Assembly (NCBI GenBank): GCA_028696435.1 | Contig: JAQVHC010000001.1 | Span: forward strand, 1-41,371 | Direction: 5' to 3' | Source: Actinomycetota bacterium | Lineage (GTDB): Bacteria; Actinomycetota; Humimicrobiia; Humimicrobiales; Humimicrobiaceae | Length of the DNA stretch: 41,371 nucleotides | Shown: piece after piece, positions 9,915 through 17,218 of the stretch | Layout of the letters: every line of letters begins with the position of its first letter | Numbering within the stretch: the first letter of the stretch is position 1 | Made by a program: the position numbers and the translations under genes | Notes under the pieces: generated by a model | Told to the model about the DNA's origin: nothing | What the model saw: only the letters and a program-made list of their open reading frames with translations | Databases searched by the model: none

Positions 9915-10173
9915 AAATGTTAAATTAATCATAAGACCGGGTTCAGCTGTAAGTGAGATATGTGGAATCCATGATGGTAGGATAAAAATAAAACTCAGCT
10001 CTGCTCCAGAAAAAGGTAAAGCTAACAGAGAACTGATAAAATTTATTTCAAAAAAGACAGGCATTCCCACAAAGAATATAAAAATAATAGCCGGTGAAAA
10101 GTCAGTCTATAAAGAAATCAGTGTAAGCTATGATAATGATCTGGATCTAATTTCAAAACTGCTCTCGAGTTAA
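9904..10173 (+). CDS. DUF167/YggU family protein
   Basis: KLIIRPGSAVSEICGIHDGRIKIKLSSAPEKGKANRELIKFISKKTGIPTKNIKIIAGEKS matches the YggU pattern (APxxGKAN ... G.xS). The ATG at 9904 overlaps the divIVA stop. The tracked ORF begins at 9886. Confidence 0.7.
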   Translation: MKTENVKLIIRPGSAVSEICGIHDGRIKIKLSSAPEKGKANRELIKFISKKTGIPTKNIKIIAGEKSVYKEISVSYDNDLDLISKLLSS

Positions 10174-10397
10174 CCATAAAAATTCTGACCTCAATAAAAA
10201 TCTTATTTTATTATCAATTGAACTGCCAGTTTTATTAATAGTAATTTGTAATATTGAAAATTTGTCTTTTGTATAACTCATTGATTTTATTGACTGTATA
10301 TTTTATTAATACGGTTTAAAGTACAATGATAGCAGGGGTTATTTGCCTGTTTATGCTGAATTAACAGATATTAACTGTAACATAGCTTTAATAGTGA

Positions 10398-10426
10398 TTG
10401 ACAATTAAGTCTTATAATTCTATTAT
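10398..10426 (+). promoter_or_regulatory. Candidate sigma-70-type promoter (TTGACA-N17-TATTAT) upstream of the ATPase/HTH pair
   Basis: TTGACA at 10398-10403, a 17-nt spacer, and TATTAT at 10421-10426. This is a pattern match only, in AT-rich DNA about 180 nt upstream of the ATG at 10609. Confidence 0.3.
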
Positions 10427-10608
10427 TTTATGAGCAACTAAGATTGAAGATGTTTTCTACTGTTTTTTTATTGATATTTAAATAAATTTTACTTCAAAAA
10501 GCATCTGGAATAAATGTCAGGTATGTCCATAACACAGGTAGAGCAGGATAGGGTAATAGACATATAACTTTATTCTGGCTGTTGTTATTAAATAAAGAGT
10601 GGAAATAA

Positions 10609-11691
10609 ATGAAAATAATATTAGTTGTGACCGTAGACAGGGAACTAATCAAAGCCATATCAGCAATAAAGCTTCAAAATTATAATACAGTAATTTTAAA
10701 TAATATAAGTTTCATCACGCATTATCTGGAAGAATACATTCCGGATTATATTATTTTGTCGGGAGAATTTGAGAGATGTAAAGAGGTTATGGATTATTTG
10801 GAAAATAATAGCGCGTGTGAATTATTTATAATGGGGCAGGGAGATAAAAAAAATAACTTTTCAGGAAATATTTATCTGGATGAAGTTAAGAATGCCAGGG
10901 GCCTGGAAAGGGTACTTCGTATAATTGATAATATGGAAAAAGGTGAAGACATAAGTATTAAAAATAAATATAAAATTATACCGCAGCAGGTAATCTCATT
11001 TTACTCTATTCAGGGAGGAGTCGGAAAAACGAGTATAGCTTTTAATTTTGCATGGTATATTAAAGATATTATTGAAGGAAAGATATTAATTATAGATTTA
11101 AATTTCTGTGAAGGACCGTCAGATTTAACAATCAATTTAAATCTGGACCTCTCGCCAAACTTAAGTGTGTTTATTGAGAATATTACCGATAGTGAAAATT
11201 GTTTTAATAATTCCATAATAAATCTGGATGGTATTGATAAAATAAATATCCTTCAGCCACCCATATCCATCTACCAGAGTGATAGGTTTAATATTGATAT
11301 GCTGGACAGCGTAATCTATTCAGCCAGAAATAAATATAACATTATATTAGCGGATATCCCATTTAGATACGATAATATCTCACTTGAAATGTTAAATCTG
11401 TCAACAACATCAATTCTGGTATTGTCTCCAGACATAAAGCTTTTTCCGAGAATAGGTAATTTTAAAAAGTTCCTTCCGGAGGACCAGAAAAAAGGTATAG
11501 TATTTAATAAAATAAGCATTAGAAATAAAGCATATATAGATGAATGTAAAAATATATATGGTATTCCGGTGTATGACAGAATATCTGGAATTCCAGAAGA
11601 AAGTATGAAGAAAATAACAAATGGTGTCACTTCTTTTGACATCTTAAATTTACAGGCGGAAATGCCGGATCTTGTAAACTCTATTTTTTAA
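10609..11691 (+). CDS. Pseudo-receiver domain fused to a ParA/MinD-type P-loop ATPase (CpaE/TadZ/Ssd-like architecture)
   Basis: The N-terminal ~110 aa are CheY-like (MKIILVV..., PDYIILSGEF) but carry Ser where the phospho-acceptor Asp is expected. The C-terminal domain has a deviant Walker A, SIQGGVGKTS (Gln replaces the signature Lys), plus ILIIDLNF and IILADIP. Confidence 0.7.
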   Translation: MKIILVVTVDRELIKAISAIKLQNYNTVILNNISFITHYLEEYIPDYIILSGEFERCKEVMDYLENNSACELFIMGQGDKKNNFSGNIYLDEVKNARGLERVLRIIDNMEKGEDISIKNKYKIIPQQVISFYSIQGGVGKTSIAFNFAWYIKDIIEGKILIIDLNFCEGPSDLTINLNLDLSPNLSVFIENITDSENCFNNSIINLDGIDKINILQPPISIYQSDRFNIDMLDSVIYSARNKYNIILADIPFRYDNISLEMLNLSTTSILVLSPDIKLFPRIGNFKKFLPEDQKKGIVFNKISIRNKAYIDECKNIYGIPVYDRISGIPEESMKKITNGVTSFDILNLQAEMPDLVNSIF

Positions 11692-11692
11692 A

Positions 11693-12079
11693 ATGGGCGA
11701 AGAAAAAAGATTATTTACAATTAAAGAAGTCTCGGAACTAATAGGTATAAGTGAGTCAGAGGTAATCAGGATGATTATGCTAAAAAAACTGGCAGTTATA
11801 AGAGTAGGCAAGGCAATCAGGATAAAAGAAGATGATTTTGAGAAGTTTTTGAATGAATTTGCAGGTGTAGATAAAACAAGTACCGGTCATAAAGAACCAG
11901 TGCTATACACTGCAGAACAGGTTGCTAAAATTTTAAAACTTTCGGTTGATAATGTATGGAATTTATTAAAAACGGGCAGATTAAAAGGTTTTAAAGTAAG
12001 AGAAGGAAGAAGTTCCTGGAGGATTCCGGCTGAAAGCCTTGATGATTTTATAGAAAACAGAATAGGTCAGAAAAAATAA
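11693..12079 (+). CDS. DNA-binding protein with two tandem excisionase/MerR-type (HTH_17) helix-turn-helix domains
   Basis: Two repeats are present: LFTIKEVSELIGISESEVIRMIMLKKLAVIRVGKAIRIKEDDFEKFL and LYTAEQVAKILKLSVDNVWNLLKTGRLKGFKVREGRSSWRIPAESLDDFI. The start lies 1 nt after the stop of the ATPase gene, suggesting translational coupling. Confidence 0.7.
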   Translation: MGEEKRLFTIKEVSELIGISESEVIRMIMLKKLAVIRVGKAIRIKEDDFEKFLNEFAGVDKTSTGHKEPVLYTAEQVAKILKLSVDNVWNLLKTGRLKGFKVREGRSSWRIPAESLDDFIENRIGQKK

Positions 12080-12087
12080 TTTTTATA

Positions 12088-12246
12088 ATGAATGAAGATA
12101 GAAATAAAGAAACGAGATTTACATTGTTAGAAAAGATAGCGATAGCAGTAATTGTGGTTTTAGTGATTATTATATTTTTTTTGATTTTTAATGAGGAAAT
12201 TAAAGAGTATATTGCATTCTTTAAAGAATTACTTGGTAAAACTTAA
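12088..12246 (+). CDS. Small (52 aa) single-pass membrane peptide, absent from the ORF track
   Basis: Hand translation gives MNEDRNKETRFTLLEKIAIAVIVVLVIIIFFLIFNEEIKEYIAFFKELLGKT*. The ATG lies 8 nt after the HTH gene stop. It has one strongly hydrophobic segment. The stop is 2 nt from the stop of the convergent GT2 gene. Confidence 0.45.
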   Translation: MNEDRNKETRFTLLEKIAIAVIVVLVIIIFFLIFNEEIKEYIAFFKELLGKT

Positions 12247-12248
12247 GC

Positions 12249-12980
12249 TTATATATATTCTTTTTTAAGCTTTCTTTTCCATTTAAAACTATTAAAAACA
12301 AGCCTAAAGAACTTTATAGTATCGGTAAAAGGATCTACGTTGCTTGTAAAGTCCTTATGATAGATAGTAGTTATGGGTATGTTTTTTATAGAATATCCCG
12401 ACCATGCAGATTTTATTATTAATTCTGGTTCTGTATCAAAGTTATGTGTTTCTAATTTTATGTTTTTTAATACTTCAGAATTAATATATCTAAAACCCGA
12501 CTGAACATCACTCACCTTTTTCCCGGCAATACATGAAATAATCCATGATGTAAATACATTGGTGGCAAGTCTTATAAAAGGCATATTTTTCGTATTTCCC
12601 AGCCTGTTTCCTATTATTAAATCTGGTTTTTCTGCCTCAATAATTTTAAGAAAATTTTTAATTTCATCTGTATCATGCTGACCATCTGCATCCAGAGTTA
12701 TAACTCCAGAATAATTATTGTTGATAATATAGCTGAAACCGGTTTTAAGAGATTGCCCCTTTCCTTTATTTACCGGATGTTTAATTGGTATAATTTTTAA
12801 ATTTTCAGGTGCAGTTATTGATTCTATGACTTTTAGAGTGCTGTCAGTAGAGCCATCATCAACAATGATTATATCAAGTCCATATTCAAAACAGCTCTCA
12901 ATTACATTTTTTATATGCTTCTCTTCATTATAAGCAGGAATAAGAATTGCAATCCTGGTGTTTTTATTTTTTTCCTTCAA
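12249..12980 (-). CDS. Family 2 glycosyltransferase (polyprenol-phosphate sugar transferase-like)
   Basis: ILIPAYNEEKHI, IIVDDGSTDST and TLDADGQHD are typical GT-A/GT2 motifs. The protein is 243 aa. Confidence 0.8.
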   Translation of the reverse strand: MKEKNKNTRIAILIPAYNEEKHIKNVIESCFEYGLDIIIVDDGSTDSTLKVIESITAPENLKIIPIKHPVNKGKGQSLKTGFSYIINNNYSGVITLDADGQHDTDEIKNFLKIIEAEKPDLIIGNRLGNTKNMPFIRLATNVFTSWIISCIAGKKVSDVQSGFRYINSEVLKNIKLETHNFDTEPELIIKSAWSGYSIKNIPITTIYHKDFTSNVDPFTDTIKFFRLVFNSFKWKRKLKKEYI

Positions 12981-13107
12981 TTTTATCTTATTTACTATTT
13001 AAGATTATCCAATTATTTACTTTTACTCAATTGCTCTGGTCTTACTACATGCCCGTTTCTATTTTTGCATTAATATTTTATAGAATTTTAATGTTTTATG
13101 AACAATT

Positions 13108-13737
13108 TTATGAAGACCTGTAAATTTTACTTTCTGTAATAATCATATCAACTTTTATATCGTGAGCCGATACAGGCAAACTATCAACAACCTGAATATC
13201 AAAACAGAGCGCAATTTTTTTTACTTTTTTAGGAATGCGGGAAAGAATTCTATCGTAATATCCTCCTCCATATCCCAGGCGGTAAAATTTTTTATCAAAA
13301 CTTACTCCAGGAACCACAACCAGATCAACGTCTGATATTTTTGCAGGTTTACACCTACTGGCAACAGGCTCCATTATGCCATATGCTCCAGCCTTTAATT
13401 GTTCTTTTAGGTTAGTTACATAATAAAGTTCTAACTCTTTATTATGAACACGTGGAAGGATTATGTTTTTATTATCTTTTAATGCATCTTCTATAATTAA
13501 AGTTGTTTCAACCTCGTTTCTGAAAGGATAATATATCAGAATATTATTTGAGACGGTATAAAAAGAGCAGTTAAGGAACTTTTTAGCTATTGCTCTGCTA
13601 CTTTTTTCCCTATAATTAACTGGTAGATTATTCCTTTCTCTCTGAACTCTTTCCCTTACATTATTTTTAAGAAATTTAATTATTTCAGAATTATTAATTA
13701 TTCCGGGATTATTTTTATTCTTCATAAAAAGTTGCAC
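13108..13737 (-). CDS. 5-formyltetrahydrofolate cyclo-ligase
   Basis: C-terminal VVVPGVSFDKKFYRLGYGGGYYDR is the MTHFS signature. The true start is probably the internal MKNKN. It overlaps the DegV stop. Confidence 0.8.
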   Translation of the reverse strand: MQLFMKNKNNPGIINNSEIIKFLKNNVRERVQRERNNLPVNYREKSSRAIAKKFLNCSFYTVSNNILIYYPFRNEVETTLIIEDALKDNKNIILPRVHNKELELYYVTNLKEQLKAGAYGIMEPVASRCKPAKISDVDLVVVPGVSFDKKFYRLGYGGGYYDRILSRIPKKVKKIALCFDIQVVDSLPVSAHDIKVDMIITESKIYRSS

Positions 13738-14563
13738 TCAGGCTCTCAGGGCCAAGATGTGTACCGACAATTACACCGATATCGTGCCTTAAAATCTCTT
13801 TTGGTTTGAAGGTTTCTTTTATCTTTTCATACATTTCGTCACCCTCTTCTTTAAAATCTGAATCTCCAACAGCCACTACAAGGTTTTCGGGGTTTTTTAC
13901 CATATCTTTCATAGAATTTATTAATTCGGTTTTAGCCTGGTTCCATCTTCTTGTTGTTTTGAACTGGGATACTTCACCGTCACTAATAGTGAGTATGGGT
14001 TTGATCTCAAGGAGTGACGCAATAAGACCCTTTGCCTTTCCAATTCTACCTCCTTTTTTGAGGTACTCAAGAGTGCTTGGTATAAATAATACTTTAATTT
14101 TTGATTTCAAATCGTAGACTGCTTTTAAAATTTCCTCTTTTGGTTTACCTTCCAGTGCCAGTTCAGCTGCTTTTACGACTATACAACCCAGGGGATAAGA
14201 AACAAGCTCTGAATCAATTATTTCAATATCTTTTCCCGGCAGTTTATCTTTTGCAAGTTCTGTAGAATTAATAGTACCTGACATTTTTTTAGAAATGTGG
14301 ATGGAAATTATACTTTCACTTTCTTTAAAGATTTCTGTATATGCTTTTATAAAATCTTCGGGTGTGGGCTGGGCGGTCGTTGGTAATTTTTCAGCAGACC
14401 TGAGTTTTTTATAAAACTCACTGATAGTAATTTCTTTACCATCAACTAAATAACTTTCCTCGCCAAAAATTACACTGAGTGGGACAACTTTTATTTTAAG
14501 TTTATCCACTATATCTTCAGGTATATCAGCTGTACTGTCTGTTACTATCGCAACTTTGCTCAT
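13715..14563 (-). CDS. DegV family fatty-acid-binding protein
   Basis: N-terminal VAIVTDSTADIP, TTAQPTP and EYLKKGGRIGKA. The length (282 aa) is typical of DegV. Confidence 0.88.
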   Translation of the reverse strand: MSKVAIVTDSTADIPEDIVDKLKIKVVPLSVIFGEESYLVDGKEITISEFYKKLRSAEKLPTTAQPTPEDFIKAYTEIFKESESIISIHISKKMSGTINSTELAKDKLPGKDIEIIDSELVSYPLGCIVVKAAELALEGKPKEEILKAVYDLKSKIKVLFIPSTLEYLKKGGRIGKAKGLIASLLEIKPILTISDGEVSQFKTTRRWNQAKTELINSMKDMVKNPENLVVAVGDSDFKEEGDEMYEKIKETFKPKEILRHDIGVIVGTHLGPESLSATFYEE

Positions 14564-14790
14564 TTTCCCTCCTTTATTGTTTCTGATAATTATAATTTAC
14601 GATTTTTTAAGAATATTTTCAATCAATTCAATAAATCTTCTATTCTGATAAATCTTATGTTCAAACTAATTTACAGGTATAGCCAGTCTTTTTTATTTGT
14701 TTTATTGTACATAAAATATGCTTATCTGCTCTGCGAAATATTATTTTACCTGTATTTATAAAAAATTAATCACAATATTCTAGCTTTTTC

Positions 14791-14799
14791 TGGTATAAT
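14791..14799 (+). promoter_or_regulatory. Candidate extended -10 promoter element (TGGTATAAT)
   Basis: TGG+TATAAT at 14791-14799, about 87 nt upstream of the ATG at 14886. The -35 element is weak. This is a pattern match only. Confidence 0.3.
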
Positions 14800-14885
14800 C
14801 TTCTGGTGTAATTTTTCTACTGTTTTATTTTCCTGGTTTGTGTTTTTTTAATTATTTAATTAATCTAAAGTACTGGAGCATATAA

Positions 14886-16082
14886 ATGAATTTTAAAAAA
14901 ATATTTTTTGTGTATGTTAAAAATCTTTCTTTGGTATTTACTCTTCTAATACTGATATTTTTTTCTATCTCTATTAACGGGTGTGAATCCAGAGAAAGGG
15001 TTATAAAAATAGGAAATCAGTGCGTTCTTTCAGGTGAATACAAGTCATTTGGAGAAGAGCAAACATTAAGTATCGAGCTTGCTGCATCCAGATTGTCGCC
15101 TGTAAGAATAGGGGGATTTGATTACGACATTAAAATAATTACAAAGGATGATGAAGGAAATCCTGAAAAAGCTTTCCTTGTCGCACAGGAGATGGTAGAT
15201 GATGGTGTTTCTGCTGTAATTGGTTCAACCTTTGACGGGACAACAGAATCTTCTTTAACTGTATATGAAGAGTATGGAATTCCACTGGTATCTCCGTTTG
15301 CGCAAAAAACTGAAGTGAATGATGCCAGAAATATTTTTTTTAGAATGATAATAAGTAATAAACAAAAAATAGAAAATATCGCTAAATTCATAGGTGAAAA
15401 AATTAAACCCCGTAAATTAATACTTATAAATAATCGTGAGGAGTATTCTATTAACCTGGTTAATTACCTTAAGGAGGTTTTATCATCAGAATACGGGATA
15501 GAGACCGGGAATACGATGTCTTTAAATATAGGCGAAGAGGATATGGGGGTTATCGTAGATAATCTTATTATAGAAGGGCCTGATACAATATTTATTTGCT
15601 GCAGCTATGAGGAGATTGCTGCTGTTATGACTGCCTCTAGAGAAGCCGGATTGCAGTCGAGATTTATAACAGAGACACTGGGAATGGATGATAATATTTT
15701 TAATTTAACTGAAGCCAATAATCTGGAAGGCCTGATTGCGGTTATACCTGATCCTCCTTCTCTTGCAAGGTATTCACAGGATTCTAAAGCAGTTAATTTC
15801 TGGCGTGAATTTAATAATTATTTAACACAGGCAGATCATCCTGATATAAGCATCGAAGGCCCCGGGCAGTATTCCCCGTATTGCTATGATTCTGTTTTTG
15901 TAATAATCGAAGCTATGAAAAGAGCCAATTCGATTTTACCGGGTGATTATGTGGACGAACTCAAAGCTATTTCCTATGATGGAATTACTGGACGAATTGA
16001 GTTTGATGAGAAAGGGAATAGACTGAATCCTGAATCGACGATCTTTATAGTAAAAGATGGAGCCTGGATAAGATATCAGTAA
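14886..16082 (+). CDS. Periplasmic-binding-protein type I solute-binding lipoprotein (LivJ/branched-chain amino-acid-like), orphan
   Basis: 398 aa with a signal peptide and a lipobox-like ISINGC, and Peripla_BP_6-like content (AVIGSTFDGTT..., GITGRIEFDEKGN). No permease or ATPase genes are adjacent. Confidence 0.7.
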   Translation: MNFKKIFFVYVKNLSLVFTLLILIFFSISINGCESRERVIKIGNQCVLSGEYKSFGEEQTLSIELAASRLSPVRIGGFDYDIKIITKDDEGNPEKAFLVAQEMVDDGVSAVIGSTFDGTTESSLTVYEEYGIPLVSPFAQKTEVNDARNIFFRMIISNKQKIENIAKFIGEKIKPRKLILINNREEYSINLVNYLKEVLSSEYGIETGNTMSLNIGEEDMGVIVDNLIIEGPDTIFICCSYEEIAAVMTASREAGLQSRFITETLGMDDNIFNLTEANNLEGLIAVIPDPPSLARYSQDSKAVNFWREFNNYLTQADHPDISIEGPGQYSPYCYDSVFVIIEAMKRANSILPGDYVDELKAISYDGITGRIEFDEKGNRLNPESTIFIVKDGAWIRYQ

Positions 16083-16303
16083 GATATTAGAGGGAAAACT
16101 TTAGAAAAACCTGTAATTTAGTTTTTAGTGATTGTTTTAATACACATTTGAGTTTTAAATGTACAGTGAATAAAAAACCTATCTCTCCGGGTTAAATTTT
16201 TTATTAGCATAATAATCGGAATGCCGGGATTTATTGACTTTTTATTCTGGCTATTATAACCTTTATCTGTTTTATACCCGTTAATATTTTACGGAGGTTT
16301 CCA

Positions 16304-16951
16304 ATGAATGTGTTTAACAAAATAATTGTAGTTTTACTATTAATATTTTTAATTTGTGTTTCAATTACTTCTCTTGTTAATATTTTTGTAGGTTATTTTA
16401 AGTGGTCGGACCTGGCTTTAAAGGTCTTAAATCCAGAGTATAGTATGAATAAACTTACTGCTGCCCTCTTACTAACAGTAGTGCTCATTATTAGCCTGTT
16501 TCTATTATTGTTAGAATTCTACAAAAAAAGAATAAAAATAGTTAATATCTCAAGCTCTAAAACAGGGAGTGCTATGGTAACACTTGAAGCAATTGGTGGG
16601 CAGATTAAGAATGAGGTCTTGAGTGTAGAGGGTGTGGAAGATTTAAGTGTAAAAATAGTTCCCGGGAAAACGGGAATAATTATAAATATGAACACTACCT
16701 TAAATGAAAATGTAGATGTTACTGGAAAAGTACAGGAAATAATAAGTAAAGCTTCAAGTGTTGCATCCGACAGGCTGGGTTTAAAGGTTTTAAAAACCAA
16801 CCTGACTGTTGCTGGCCTGGTTGCCGGGGGAAAAGAAGTAGAAAGTAAAGAAAAAAATGAATTAAGCATAAATAGCAGGGAAATTGAACAGGAGCCCGGA
16901 GAAACAACTGGAGAAACCGGTAATTCTACTGGTGAAGAAAAGATTAAGTAA
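16304..16951 (+). CDS. Membrane protein with two N-terminal TM helices and an Asp23/AmaP-like domain
   Basis: There are two hydrophobic helices. GSAMVTLEAIGGQIKNEVLSVEGVEDLSVKI resembles the Asp23/alkaline-shock anchor (AmaP) family. The C-terminal tail is acidic and Gly/Thr-rich. The assignment is tentative. Confidence 0.4.
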   Translation: MNVFNKIIVVLLLIFLICVSITSLVNIFVGYFKWSDLALKVLNPEYSMNKLTAALLLTVVLIISLFLLLLEFYKKRIKIVNISSSKTGSAMVTLEAIGGQIKNEVLSVEGVEDLSVKIVPGKTGIIINMNTTLNENVDVTGKVQEIISKASSVASDRLGLKVLKTNLTVAGLVAGGKEVESKEKNELSINSREIEQEPGETTGETGNSTGEEKIK

Positions 16952-17035
16952 AGAGATAAAGATAAAAGGATAAAAATAAAAAGCGAAGAGCTAATTAATT
17001 GGTGGTTAAATAAAATGGATGCATAGCACAGGCGG

Positions 17036-17109
17036 GCGGGCTTAGTATATCGGTAGTACATGAGCTTCCCAAGCTCAAGAGGCGGGTTCGACTCCCGTAG
17101 CCCGCTCCA
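17036..17109 (+). tRNA. tRNA-Gly (anticodon CCC), CCA encoded
   Basis: Hand-folded cloverleaf. Acceptor GCGGGCT/AGCCCGC, D-arm GTAT/GTAC, anticodon stem TGAGC/GCTCA with loop TT-CCC-AA, T-arm GCGGG-TTCGACT-CCCGT, discriminator U, 3' CCA. Confidence 0.9.
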
Positions 17110-17218
17110 ATAAGTGCTTATAACCTTATTAGAAATTATATTAGAGATTACCTTTTAAAATGATAATTATTCTTTAAAATAAATGTTAATAAACATGTAT
17201 ATCTATATTTAATATTTA

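Noticed and set aside
9489-10070. 193-aa minus-strand ORF overlapping divIVA and yggU
   Set aside because: It is Phe/Leu-rich low complexity (FFLLLFFFFFFYLIFFF), the mirror image of the GAA/GAG-rich divIVA tail. It has no motifs. The plus-strand genes have clear family signatures.
10609-12246. Interpretation as a Tad/Flp pilus locus, from the TadZ-like ATPase plus a small hydrophobic peptide
   Set aside because: No TadA/CpaF ATPase, TadB/C platform, secretin or prepilin peptidase genes are in the window. The peptide lacks the Flp motif and has Arg instead of Gly at the cleavage position. It is retained only as a caveat within the relevant findings.
16519-17061. 180-aa minus-strand ORF spanning the AmaP-like gene and running into the tRNA
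   Set aside because: It overlaps a well-folded tRNA-Gly and a plus-strand membrane-protein gene, and its composition is typical of an antisense shadow. The same reasoning applies to the other tracked antisense ORFs: 1710..1943, 2868..3119, 3592..3897, 4403..4621, 4791..5285, 6761..7078, 7193..7416, 9116..9694, 11010..11642, 13806..14117, 15122..15391, 19033..21625, 21915..23267, 24369..24683, 26495..26954, 28102..28459, 29580..31058, 31298..31543, 33110..33530, 35994..36656, 37930..38661 and 39691..40242.
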